The position numbers were made by a program, and so were the translations under genes. The notes below the pieces were generated by a model that saw nothing but the letters and a program-made list of their open reading frames with translations, did not search any database and was not told the origin of the DNA. A stretch of DNA of 16,587 bases, from positions 1-16,587 of the forward strand of contig CAYHBW010000021.1 of assembly GCA_964355085.1 (NCBI GenBank). Reading direction: 5' to 3'. The DNA is from an uncultured Candidatus Saccharibacteria bacterium (GTDB lineage: Bacteria; Patescibacteriota; Minisyncoccia; UBA6257; 02-FULL-45-10c). Positions 7,280 to 14,840 of the stretch are shown here, piece by piece. Numbering within the stretch: the first letter of the stretch is position 1; every line of letters begins with the position of its first letter.

Positions 7280-7648
7280 ATGAAAAAGAAAATTCTGCTG
7301 GTTGAAGACGATAAATTTCTCATCCGGACTTACGGGTATAAACTTGAAGACTCCGGATATGAAATTTTGAGACTGGAAGACGGGGTGAATGTCCTTCCGG
7401 TTGCGAAAGAAAAAAATCCGGATTTGATCCTGCTCGACATCATCATGCCGAATCGGAACGGTTTCGACGTTCTGCGCGATCTGAAGTCCGATAAGGAAGC
7501 TAAAAATATCCCGGTGATTATAGTTTCAAATCTTAGCCAGCAGAAGGACGTGGAAGAGGGTCTGAATCTTGGCGCGGAAAAATTCATCGTGAAGTCCAAT
7601 ATCAGTTTTCAGGGGCTTAAAGATATCATTGACGATAAGCTTGCCTGA
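7280..7648 (+). CDS. Single-domain response regulator (CheY-like receiver)
   Basis: KILLVEDD acidic pocket, phospho-acceptor Asp in LILLDIIMP, conserved S/T and K positions. About 122 aa with no output domain. The track ORF starting at 7100 is an upstream extension with no support. Confidence 0.85.
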   Translation: MKKKILLVEDDKFLIRTYGYKLEDSGYEILRLEDGVNVLPVAKEKNPDLILLDIIMPNRNGFDVLRDLKSDKEAKNIPVIIVSNLSQQKDVEEGLNLGAEKFIVKSNISFQGLKDIIDDKLA

Positions 7649-7671
7649 TTTTCAGCCCGATTTTCCGGGTA

Positions 7672-7700
7672 TTCCAATTTCGGGCATTTCAGGATATAAT
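7672..7700 (+). promoter_or_regulatory. Sigma70-type promoter (TTCCAA, 17 nt, TATAAT)
   Basis: Canonical 17-nt spacing. About 28 nt upstream of the GGAGG plus ATG (7729) of the next gene. Confidence 0.45.
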
Positions 7701-7728
7701 CTTTTCAGCTGACGCATTGGAGGGGATT

Positions 7729-8016
7729 ATGAGGAGATTTTTCTGGGTTTGGGCCCGGATTTTCATATTGGCAACTCCCAGGACTCTTGATGTTCCGATG
7801 GAAAGATTAAAGGCGATAGTTACGGCAAGATTGCTGACTTTGATCGTTCCGGCGGCAAGCCTTCTTGCGTATATGATCCTCATACAGCTTTTCCCGCCCC
7901 TCATTCATTTTTTCGCCGTCATGCTTCTGTTGGTACTTGTGCCCATCTGGGTGATCGGCATGTGGCGTTTTCACAAGTTGAGCTCATATTCCAGCAGAAA
8001 ACAAATTACCCCTTAA
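7729..8016 (+). CDS. Hypothetical membrane protein (about 95 aa)
   Basis: ATG at 7729 is preceded by GGAGG with a 5-nt spacer; the track start at 7717 is a TTG. Three hydrophobic helices. The stop codon lies inside the terminator loop. Confidence 0.5.
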   Translation: MRRFFWVWARIFILATPRTLDVPMERLKAIVTARLLTLIVPAASLLAYMILIQLFPPLIHFFAVMLLLVLVPIWVIGMWRFHKLSSYSSRKQITP

Positions 8017-8035
8017 ACGGGGTTTTATTTTTTTC
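8006..8035 (+). terminator. Rho-independent terminator
   Basis: CCCC-ttaaac-GGGG followed by TTTTATTTTTTTC. Confidence 0.6.
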
Positions 8036-8117
8036 AGACTGCATATTTCGGCGGCTGTTTGACTTCAGTCGGATCTGGATTAGAATATATCCAGTACCAA
8101 ATAACCGGCGGAATGGA

Positions 8118-8810
8118 ATGATCAAGACATTCGTATTTGATTTGGGGAATACGCTTATCGAATATCCTGAACCGGAAAAATTGCAGGAAAATTGTCTTAA
8201 ATTTTCCGCTATCATGAAGACGGACAGGGATCTGCTCGGAATGATGCAAAAAAATCTGAAGGAAGACCGCCGTTCCGGGTTGGAAACTCATTCGGAAGCC
8301 ACCGTTGAAGCGGCCTTATCCCGTGCTCTTGGTAGCGGGGGATCGCGATATTGCGAAGCGGACAAGAAATTCATTCTTGAGGAAATATATCGTTTCGGAT
8401 TCGGTTTGCATGCCAGTCCTGTTCCCGGCGCGTCCTGCGTTCTGCAGGAATTGCGGCGGCGCGGATATAAGCTGGGAATCGTTTCCAATACGCCTTTTCC
8501 CGGAGAATTTTTCAGAAGGGATTTGGAGAGATTCGGCCTGCTACAGTATTTCCAGGTTCTGGTCTGGAGTTCTGAATTCGGAAAAAGGAAGCCAAGTCCT
8601 GATATTTTTCATAAAGCGCTGAAAGATCTCGGCGTTTCTCCTGAAGAGGCAGTCTATGTCGGGGATAAATTCGATCGAGATGTCGCCGGTTCGCGAGGCG
8701 CGGGAATGCATCCGGTCTGGTTCGACAGGAACGATCGCGGGAAAGATTACGTCGGCCATCGGATTCAGTTACTTTCTGAACTGATGAATATAAGAGAGTT
8801 CTTTGTTTGA
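8118..8810 (+). CDS. HAD-superfamily hydrolase (subfamily IA-like)
   Basis: Motif I FVFDLGNTL, motif II GIVSNT, motif III K, motif IV VGDKFDRDV. Start taken at the ATG at 8118 within the longer track ORF. Confidence 0.8.
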   Translation: MIKTFVFDLGNTLIEYPEPEKLQENCLKFSAIMKTDRDLLGMMQKNLKEDRRSGLETHSEATVEAALSRALGSGGSRYCEADKKFILEEIYRFGFGLHASPVPGASCVLQELRRRGYKLGIVSNTPFPGEFFRRDLERFGLLQYFQVLVWSSEFGKRKPSPDIFHKALKDLGVSPEEAVYVGDKFDRDVAGSRGAGMHPVWFDRNDRGKDYVGHRIQLLSELMNIREFFV

Positions 8811-8820
8811 TCTTTAAATT

Positions 8821-8848
8821 CCGCCGGATACGGCGGTTTTTTTTATTT
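8821..8848 (+). terminator. Rho-independent terminator
   Basis: CCGCCG-gata-CGGCGG followed by TTTTTTTT. Confidence 0.75.
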
Positions 8849-8851
8849 TGC

Positions 8852-8924
8852 TTACACTGAGCGAAGTCGAAGTGTTCCGGGACCCTCCAGAGGCGGGCAA
8901 GCAGTGATTCTTCGAACCCCTGAC
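8852..8924. repeat. Degenerate tRNA-Gln-derived segment plus a palindromic unit (ACACT-gagcgaagtcga-AGTGT)
   Basis: tgttccgggac (8873-8883) exactly repeats the 3'-end segment of the tRNA-Gln gene 93 bp downstream. cctccagaggcggg resembles its anticodon arm and gattcttcgaacccc its T-arm. No foldable cloverleaf. Confidence 0.4.
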
Positions 8925-8965
8925 AAATAATAAATAACCGAGACAAGCTCGGTAATTTATTATTT
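8925..8965 (-). terminator. 18-bp-stem hairpin immediately 3' of tRNA-Gln; likely tRNA terminator
   Basis: aaataataaataaccgag-acaag-ctcggtaatttattattt. Arms are complementary at 17 of 18 positions. On the minus strand the 3' arm ends in a U-rich tract. Confidence 0.5.
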
Positions 8966-8966
8966 G

Positions 8967-9037
8967 TTCCGGGACAGGGATTCGAACCCCGATACCCGCC
9001 TCCAAAGGGCGGTGTCCTACCATTAGACGATCCCGGA
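8967..9037 (-). tRNA. tRNA-Gln, anticodon TTG
   Basis: The reverse complement folds as a cloverleaf. Acceptor TCCGGGA/TCCCGGA (U1-A72, typical of bacterial tRNA-Gln). D-arm GTCT-AATGGTA-GGAC. Anticodon stem CCGCC/GGCGG with loop CTTTGGA, giving UUG. T-arm CGGGG-TTCGAAT-CCCTG. Discriminator A, no encoded CCA. GATAAT -10 element 10-15 nt upstream. Confidence 0.9.
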
Positions 9038-9088
9038 ATATAAATGAAATTATCTTATTTTATTTATCAAAATTACATTATTGACGCA

Positions 9089-9202
9089 GTCCTACCATTA
9101 GCCTCGCCCATAAGCTACGGCCGAGGGCCTCGCCCATAGGTCGACTGTGATTCCTACCATTAGCCTCGCTCATAGGCTACGGCCGAGGGACGATCCCGGA
9201 AT
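9089..9202. repeat. Two partial copies of the tRNA-Gln 5' (D-arm/acceptor) region interrupted by 2.5 copies of a 27-nt hairpin element (gCCTCGcccataRGctacggCCGAGGg)
   Basis: gtcctaccattag (tRNA positions 24-12) occurs at 9089 and 9150. acgatcccggaata (positions 11-1 plus flank) recurs at 9189. The 27-nt element with its CCTCG/CGAGG stem sits exactly between tRNA positions 11 and 12 in the second copy. Confidence 0.55.
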
Positions 9203-9253
9203 ATTGATACTTTAGCAAAATATGAATATAAATAAAAGTGTTATAATTAAGTC

Positions 9254-9586
9254 ATGACATTTGAAGAGTATCAGAATTTTACAAAAGAAACCGCGATTTA
9301 TCCTAAAGAGAACGGATTGAATCTTATATACACGACATTGGGATTGGCAAGCGAAGCCGGAGAGGTGACCGATAAGATGAAAAAAGTCATCCGCGACAAG
9401 GGAGGAATCATCGATGCGGGCATGAAAAAAGAGCTGGCCAAGGAGATCGGAGACGCGCTTTGGTATGTTTCTCAGCTTTCCGCCGAACTCGGATTGACAT
9501 TGGACGATGTGGCATCGGCAAATATTGAGAAACTGAAGTCGCGCCAGCAGCGGGGGAAATTAAACGGGGATGGCGATAACCGCTAG
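9254..9586 (+). CDS. MazG-like nucleotide pyrophosphohydrolase domain protein
   Basis: 110 aa all-alpha protein. The EAGE..DALWYV pattern (LASEAGEVTDK ... EIGDALWYVSQL) is typical of MazG/YpjD-type NTP pyrophosphohydrolases. TGtTATAAT at 9239-9247 lies 6 nt before the ATG (leaderless). Confidence 0.7.
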   Translation: MTFEEYQNFTKETAIYPKENGLNLIYTTLGLASEAGEVTDKMKKVIRDKGGIIDAGMKKELAKEIGDALWYVSQLSAELGLTLDDVASANIEKLKSRQQRGKLNGDGDNR

Positions 9587-9600
9587 TCCGTCTGAAATTC

Positions 9601-9999
9601 ATGAAAGGATTTCACGGAAATATCGAGAGTGAATCTTTGGAAAACGGAAATTTCCGGAAAGTTCTTTATACCGGCAGGCATTGCCAGCTGGTTTTGATGT
9701 CTTTGAAGCCCGGCGAGGAAATCGGTCTGGAAATCCATCCGGACAACGATCAGTTTTTCCGCTTTGAGGGCGGACAGGGAAAGAGTTTTATTGACGGGAA
9801 TGAATACGATCTTCATGACGGAATGGCGCTGATTGTTCCGGCCGGCTCGAAACATAACATAGTCAACACTTCAGATTCAGAAGATTTGAAAATGTACACG
9901 ATTTATTCGCCTGCCCATCATCGGGACGGGATTTTGCACGAAACCAAAGAGGCGGCGGAAGCTGATTCCGAGAAGTTTGACGGAAAAACTACTGAATAA
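9601..9999 (+). CDS. Cupin-domain protein
   Basis: G(x)5HxH-like and GxxxxxH motifs (GLEIHPDNDQFFRFEGGQG ... PAGSKHNIVN) fit a cupin_2 beta-barrel. Confidence 0.7.
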   Translation: MKGFHGNIESESLENGNFRKVLYTGRHCQLVLMSLKPGEEIGLEIHPDNDQFFRFEGGQGKSFIDGNEYDLHDGMALIVPAGSKHNIVNTSDSEDLKMYTIYSPAHHRDGILHETKEAAEADSEKFDGKTTE

Positions 10000-10000
10000 T

Positions 10001-10465
10001 ATGAAAACAGGACAAAAAGCGCCGGATTTCAAATTGTCGGATCGGGATGGAAGATTTCACTCGCTTTCCGATTATTCCGGGAATTGGGTGCTTCTCTATT
10101 TTTATCCGAAAGATGACACGCCCGGATGCGTAAAAGAAGCCTGCGGAATCAGGGATAATTTTCCCGCTTTTAAAAAAATGAAAGCCGTTGTTCTTGGTGT
10201 CAGCGCGGATTCCCGGGTCAGCCACGGTAAATTCTCGGATAAATACGGCCTGCCGTTTGTTTTGCTTTCCGATGAGAAAAAATCAACCCTTAAAAAATAC
10301 GGAGTTTGGAGTGAAAAGAAATTCATGGGCAGAAAATACATGGGAATTCTGCGGACTTCTTTTCTTATCGATCCCGCCGGAAAAATAGCCAAGATTTATG
10401 AAAACGTCAGGCCGGAAATCCATGCCGGGGAAGTGCTAAAAGATATTGGCGATCTGAATAAATAG
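10001..10465 (+). CDS. bcp: Thiol peroxidase/peroxiredoxin Bcp
   Basis: APDFKL..G..V.LSD..G.WVLLYFYPKDDTPGCVKEAC carries the peroxidatic Cys in a TPGC context and a resolving Cys 5 residues on, as in the Bcp/PrxQ subfamily. ATG at 10001, 1 nt after the cupin stop; the track ORF starts at an upstream TTG. Confidence 0.85.
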   Translation: MKTGQKAPDFKLSDRDGRFHSLSDYSGNWVLLYFYPKDDTPGCVKEACGIRDNFPAFKKMKAVVLGVSADSRVSHGKFSDKYGLPFVLLSDEKKSTLKKYGVWSEKKFMGRKYMGILRTSFLIDPAGKIAKIYENVRPEIHAGEVLKDIGDLNK

Positions 10466-10558
10466 TTTGACTTTATTTTAATAATAGTTTATTATCTATT
10501 TAGTCCGCAACCGGATTTACCGGCAAGCGGAGCTTGAAAACAACAGAGGAGGTCATTA

Positions 10559-12451
10559 ATGGAAATGTTGCTTCAGTGGTGGTGGCTGGCGCCTTTGGCG
10601 GCGCTGGTTCTCGGCTATAAGCTCGTACTTCGGGTTTTCGGCGTGGTGCTGATTCCCGAGGATGCGATGGGCATCGTGAATAAAAGATTCGTGATCATGG
10701 GAGAAAACAGGACCTTGCCGGACGGCGCGATCGTCGCGTTGAGCGGTGAGGCCGGTCTGCAGGCGGATACGTTGGCGCCCGGAGTCCATTTCTGGCTCTG
10801 GCCGTGGCAGTATACGATTACGCTTGAGCATTTCACGACGGTCGCCGAAGGAAAAATCGGCGTCGTCGAGGCGCGGGATGGCAGTCCGCTTCATGCGGGA
10901 CGGGTTCTCGCGAGGAAAGTGGATTGCAATTCTTTTCAGGATGCGAGAGCGTTCCTGAAGAACGGCGGCGAGCGTGGTCCGCAGATCACGGTCATCCCGC
11001 CGGGAACTTACCGCATCAATACGGCTCTTTTCACTGTGGCCCAGGAAAACGTCCTGGATATCCCGGATAACATGGTCGGCATCGTCACTACCAAAGAAGG
11101 CAAGTCTCTCAATACCGGTGAAATCGCCGGCGGAGAAGTCCAGGGGCACAGCACGTTCCAGGACGGCCAGGTCTTCTTGGACAATGGAGGATATAAAGGT
11201 CTGCAGGAGCAGGTGATGCTCGCAGGCCGGTATTTCCTGAATCCGCGTTTAGCGACTGTCGAGATGGTGCCTATGACCACGGTGCCAATCGCTCATGTGG
11301 GCGTCGTCATCGCCTATGTCGGTGCTGAAGGAAAAGACCTGACCGGTCCGGCCTTTCAGCATGGCAATCTCGTGGCAAAGGGGCAGAAAGGCGTTTGGCT
11401 TGAGCCCCTCGATCCGGGTAAGTACCCGATCAATCCGTTGACTCATAAAGTGGAATGCGTCCAGACTGCCAACATCGTTCTGAATTGGGCGACCGGCAAG
11501 ACGGAATCGCACAAACTCGATGAGAATCTGTCCACGATCAAAGTCCGTTCTTCGGACGGGTTCACCTTCAACTTGGACGTCAGTCAGATCATCCATGTGC
11601 CGCGCAACGATGCCCCCAAAGTCATCGCGCGCTTCGGAAGCATGGCGAATCTCGTGACCCAGGTCCTCGAGCCGACTATTGGAAACTACTTCCGCAACGC
11701 GGCCCAGGGATCGGATGTCATCGAGTTCCTGAAGAATCGTAAAGAAAGGCAGGACGATGCCCGTAACAAGATCGCCACTGCTCTTAAGGAATATAATGTC
11801 GGCGCGATCGATACGCTTATCGGCGATATCGTTCCGCCGGACAGCCTGATGAAGACGCTGACGGATCGTAAGCTGGCTGAACAGGAAAAGCTCACTTACG
11901 AAAATCAACGGCTCGCCGAAGAGACCCGTAAGGAGCTCCAGCAGGCGAAGGCGCTCGCGGACACTCAGTCCCGGGTCGTCGATGCCGAGCGTGAAGTGGC
12001 GATTGCGGAGTTCAGCGCCAGAGCCGCGGTCAAGGCCGCGGAAGGCAACGCGCAATCCAAGAAACTGGTGGCCGAAGCCGATGCCATGGTGCTCATCACT
12101 GTCGGTAATGCCGAAGCCGGCAAGATCAAGGCGGTCGGTACGGCTGAAGCCGACGTCATCAAGCTGAAGATCGATTCCATGGATTCGGATAATTACGCCA
12201 GGATCGAAGTCGCCAGGTCATTGTCAGGGAGCGGGCAGAAGCTCGTTCCGGACATCGTCGCCGGTGGCGGAGAAGGCGGAGCCAACGGCCTGCTCGCCGT
12301 TGTGCTCGGCAATATGGTGCACGAAAAGATGAAGAAGGATCTCGGGAACTTGCCTTTGAAAGATAAGCCCGCGGATAAGAAAGAGCCGGCCGCAGCGGCG
12401 GAAGGCGGTGGACATCCCGAAGCCGGCAAGCCCGAACCTCCGGTCGAATAA
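10559..12451 (+). CDS. Flotillin-like SPFH/band-7 domain membrane protein (YqiK/FloT-like, 630 aa)
   Basis: N-terminal TM helix, SPFH-like region, then an Ala/Glu-rich flotillin-type coiled-coil with EA repeats (AEADAMVLITVGNAEAGKIKAVGTAEADVIKLK). Strong SD AGAGGAGG 8 nt upstream. GC content clearly higher than in neighbouring genes. Confidence 0.78.
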   Translation: MEMLLQWWWLAPLAALVLGYKLVLRVFGVVLIPEDAMGIVNKRFVIMGENRTLPDGAIVALSGEAGLQADTLAPGVHFWLWPWQYTITLEHFTTVAEGKIGVVEARDGSPLHAGRVLARKVDCNSFQDARAFLKNGGERGPQITVIPPGTYRINTALFTVAQENVLDIPDNMVGIVTTKEGKSLNTGEIAGGEVQGHSTFQDGQVFLDNGGYKGLQEQVMLAGRYFLNPRLATVEMVPMTTVPIAHVGVVIAYVGAEGKDLTGPAFQHGNLVAKGQKGVWLEPLDPGKYPINPLTHKVECVQTANIVLNWATGKTESHKLDENLSTIKVRSSDGFTFNLDVSQIIHVPRNDAPKVIARFGSMANLVTQVLEPTIGNYFRNAAQGSDVIEFLKNRKERQDDARNKIATALKEYNVGAIDTLIGDIVPPDSLMKTLTDRKLAEQEKLTYENQRLAEETRKELQQAKALADTQSRVVDAEREVAIAEFSARAAVKAAEGNAQSKKLVAEADAMVLITVGNAEAGKIKAVGTAEADVIKLKIDSMDSDNYARIEVARSLSGSGQKLVPDIVAGGGEGGANGLLAVVLGNMVHEKMKKDLGNLPLKDKPADKKEPAAAAEGGGHPEAGKPEPPVE

Positions 12452-12469
12452 AAAGAAGTACATTGACGG

Positions 12470-12508
12470 TTGCCCCGTACGCGTAAAAGCGTACGGGGCA
12501 TTTTTTAT
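12470..12508 (+). terminator. Strong rho-independent terminator
   Basis: GCCCCGTAC...GTACGGGGC (9-bp GC-rich arms) followed by ATTTTTTAT. Confidence 0.8.
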
Positions 12509-12549
12509 CCGCGGGATATTTTATACCGGAATAATGTTAGAATTATTAA

Positions 12550-13257
12550 ATGAATCAGAAATCCGTTAAAAAGAATAAAGTGGCTATTTTCGATATCGAC
12601 GGGACTATTTTCCGCTCCAGTCTTCTTATCGAGCTTACTGATGCTCTGATTCAGGAGGGAATTTTCCCTAAGAGCGCCGGAATCGCTTATGCCAAGTCCT
12701 ATAAAAACTGGCTCGATCGCAAGGATGTTTATGATAAATATGTTTACGGAGTGGTGGATGCTTTCGAGGGTAATATAAAAGGAGTCCGGCTGGCGGATTT
12801 TCTGCGGATGGGAAAGCTTGTCTCCGGATTCCATCAGAATCGGATGTACCGCTATACCCGCGATCTCGTGAAAGATCTCCGGAAAAGAGGATATTTTCTT
12901 TTGGCGATTTCAAATTCTCCGAAAGTCATGGTCAATGAATTCTGCAAGAATCTCGGATTCGATAAAGTTTACGGCCGGATTTATGAAGTAGATAAGAAAG
13001 GGAAATTGACCGGCAGGACGCTCGAGCCGGAGATCGTCGCTGATAAGGCGAAGGTTCTTAAGCGGGCCATTGAGAAAGAAAATCTGACTTTGAAAAAATC
13101 CATCGGTGTCGGCGATTCCGAGGCCGATATCCGGTTCCTCCGGTTGGTGGAAAATCCAATCTGCTTCAATCCGAATTTCAAACTTTACAGACACGCTAAA
13201 CGCTCCGGCTGGAAGATAGTCATCGAGAGAAAAGACGTAATTTATACTTTGAAATAG
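12550..13257 (+). CDS. HAD-superfamily hydrolase, subfamily IB (phosphoserine-phosphatase-like)
   Basis: Motif I IFDIDGTI, a cap region, motif II LAISNS, motif IV GVGDSEAD. TGtTAGAAT lies 6 nt before the ATG. Confidence 0.72.
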   Translation: MNQKSVKKNKVAIFDIDGTIFRSSLLIELTDALIQEGIFPKSAGIAYAKSYKNWLDRKDVYDKYVYGVVDAFEGNIKGVRLADFLRMGKLVSGFHQNRMYRYTRDLVKDLRKRGYFLLAISNSPKVMVNEFCKNLGFDKVYGRIYEVDKKGKLTGRTLEPEIVADKAKVLKRAIEKENLTLKKSIGVGDSEADIRFLRLVENPICFNPNFKLYRHAKRSGWKIVIERKDVIYTLK

Positions 13258-13315
13258 CGGTTTTCCCCACCGTTGCGCATCAGACGGGGCGGTGTTATAG
13301 TTGGGCAGATATCTT

Positions 13316-14524
13316 ATGAAAATCATCATCATAGGGGCCGGCGCAACCGGTTCAATAGCCGCAAAATTGCTCTCCGCAAGGCCTGAAATAGAACAGGTTA
13401 TTATCTGTGATATAGACGCAAATAAGGCCAAAAAGTTCATAAATCCCGACCCAAAGACCGTTTTCCGGGTTCTTGACGCCAGGGACTCCAAGGCCGTGGT
13501 TGAGGCCGCCAAGGGCATGGATTTACTCATAAATGCCTGCCTCCCGTCGTTCAATGAAATCCTCATGAAGGCGGCGCTTGAGGCCAAGGTGAATTATCAG
13601 GATTTCGCTTCAAATTGGGACGACGGCAAAGTTGAACAGCTCAAATATCAGAATGAATTCAAGGCCAATAATCTCCGCGCCCTTATAAATTCCTCCGCTT
13701 CTCCCGGTCTTACCAATCTGGTCGCAAAAGATCTTTCCTCCCAGCTTAAGAGAATTGAATATATTAAAATCCGCCTCCTGGAAGATGTCAGCTCCGATGT
13801 TCCGTTCACCGCCTGGTCCAAAGCGATATTTTTCGATGAAGTGTTCCATAAGCCATGGACTTGGGAATTCGATAAATTCATGGAAAAGAATAATTTTTCC
13901 GGAGAGGAATATTTCGATTTTCCGGAACCGTTCGACAATACCCGCTGCTACCTTCTTTCGCAGGAAGACATGGGGACCCTGCCGACCTACATAAAGACGA
14001 AATATGTGGATCTGAAGGCCGGCGGCAGTGAAATCGAATTCGCCCGGACTCTTTTCAAGCTCGGACTTTTCAAGAAGCGTCCGGTGAAAATTGGAGAAGC
14101 GCAGGTGGCGCCGTATGATTTTTTACTCAAGCTCTGGCCGGATATCCTCCATCCTGAAGCCATGAAAAAACTCGTGGCCTCCGGAAAACTTCATAACGCC
14201 CATTTCTGGTGCTCGGTTGAAGAGAAGGGGATCCGCGACAAGAAAAAGACCATCCGCAAAGCCGATATTCTTTTCCCGAATCAGGCGGAAATCAACAAGC
14301 TTTATCCCGGAGCGAATTATGTTTCTTATGCCGCCGGTCTGTGCGCCGCCATTTTCGCGTTGGCGATTCCGAAAATAAAAGATCCGGGAGTTTTCCCGCC
14401 GGAGGCATTGGACGCTGAAATCCGCTCTTCGCTGATTGAAGAGTTCCGGAAAAATAATATCATCATCAATGTCACTGAAAAAGACCTTTCAGTCCCGCCA
14501 CCAGCGCCAACTCCCGTCGCCTAA
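13316..14524 (+). CDS. Saccharopine dehydrogenase family NAD(P)-binding protein
   Basis: N-terminal Rossmann motif KIIIIGAGATGS. About 400 aa, a size and layout consistent with saccharopine dehydrogenase, carboxynorspermidine dehydrogenase or Lys-6-DH-like proteins. Start at the ATG at 13316; the track start is a TTG. Confidence 0.7.
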   Translation: MKIIIIGAGATGSIAAKLLSARPEIEQVIICDIDANKAKKFINPDPKTVFRVLDARDSKAVVEAAKGMDLLINACLPSFNEILMKAALEAKVNYQDFASNWDDGKVEQLKYQNEFKANNLRALINSSASPGLTNLVAKDLSSQLKRIEYIKIRLLEDVSSDVPFTAWSKAIFFDEVFHKPWTWEFDKFMEKNNFSGEEYFDFPEPFDNTRCYLLSQEDMGTLPTYIKTKYVDLKAGGSEIEFARTLFKLGLFKKRPVKIGEAQVAPYDFLLKLWPDILHPEAMKKLVASGKLHNAHFWCSVEEKGIRDKKKTIRKADILFPNQAEINKLYPGANYVSYAAGLCAAIFALAIPKIKDPGVFPPEALDAEIRSSLIEEFRKNNIIINVTEKDLSVPPPAPTPVA

Positions 14525-14529
14525 CCATT

Positions 14530-14567
14530 GTCATTCTGGGGCAGGGCGAAGTCGAAGAATCTCGCGC
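14530..14567. repeat. Palindromic repeat unit A (gtc-ATTCT-g..gcgaagtcga-AGAAT-ctcg)
   Basis: Member of the GTCAT...ATC family. Begins 6 nt after the stop of the upstream gene. Confidence 0.6.
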
Positions 14568-14576
14568 TAGGATTCC

Positions 14577-14612
14577 AACCAACTAATCAACTAACTAACT
14601 AACTAACTAACT
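14577..14612. repeat. Tetranucleotide microsatellite (AACT)6 with 3 imperfect leading units, ending 4 nt before a start codon
   Basis: aacc aact aatc then aact x6, read directly from the sequence. It places TAA in all three frames. Confidence 0.9.
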
Positions 14613-14616
14613 CGCC

Positions 14617-14826
14617 ATGGACAACCCAAAATTCCCGATGAGAGTAAATCAGTATCTGGCGAAAAAGCGGGGATTGACCCGCCGGAGCGCAGATGAATTG
14701 ATTAAAAAAGGACAGGTATTTATAAACGGCAAGCCGGCTGTTTTGGGCGCTAAAATAAACGAAACCGACAATGTCGAATTCCGCTATCGTGGCAAAGAAA
14801 TTCCAGGAAACAGGAGTAGTAACTAA
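14617..14826 (+). CDS. S4 RNA-binding domain protein (69 aa), resembling the N-terminus of RsuA/RluB-type pseudouridine synthases but lacking a catalytic domain
   Basis: MRVNQYLAKKRGLTRRSADELIKKGQVFINGKPAVLGAKI is a classical S4 motif. The ORF ends after 69 aa and is followed by repeat arrays. Confidence 0.6.
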   Translation: MDNPKFPMRVNQYLAKKRGLTRRSADELIKKGQVFINGKPAVLGAKINETDNVEFRYRGKEIPGNRSSN

Positions 14827-14840
14827 TCCGCTCCCGTATT

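Noticed and set aside
6601-7323. Minus-strand 240-aa track ORF
   Set aside because: Overlaps two plus-strand genes with clear family signatures (the small membrane protein and the PNPOx-like protein). Arg-rich, low-complexity translation.
11249-12055. Minus-strand 268-aa ORF (and other antisense ORFs 10556-11149, 11008-11280) inside the flotillin-like gene
   Set aside because: Typical long antisense ORFs produced by high GC content. The sense frame has clear SPFH/flotillin character.
12910-13587. Minus-strand 225-aa ORF
   Set aside because: Overlaps the 3' end of the HAD-IB gene and the 5' end of the saccharopine dehydrogenase-family gene, both of which have clear motifs.
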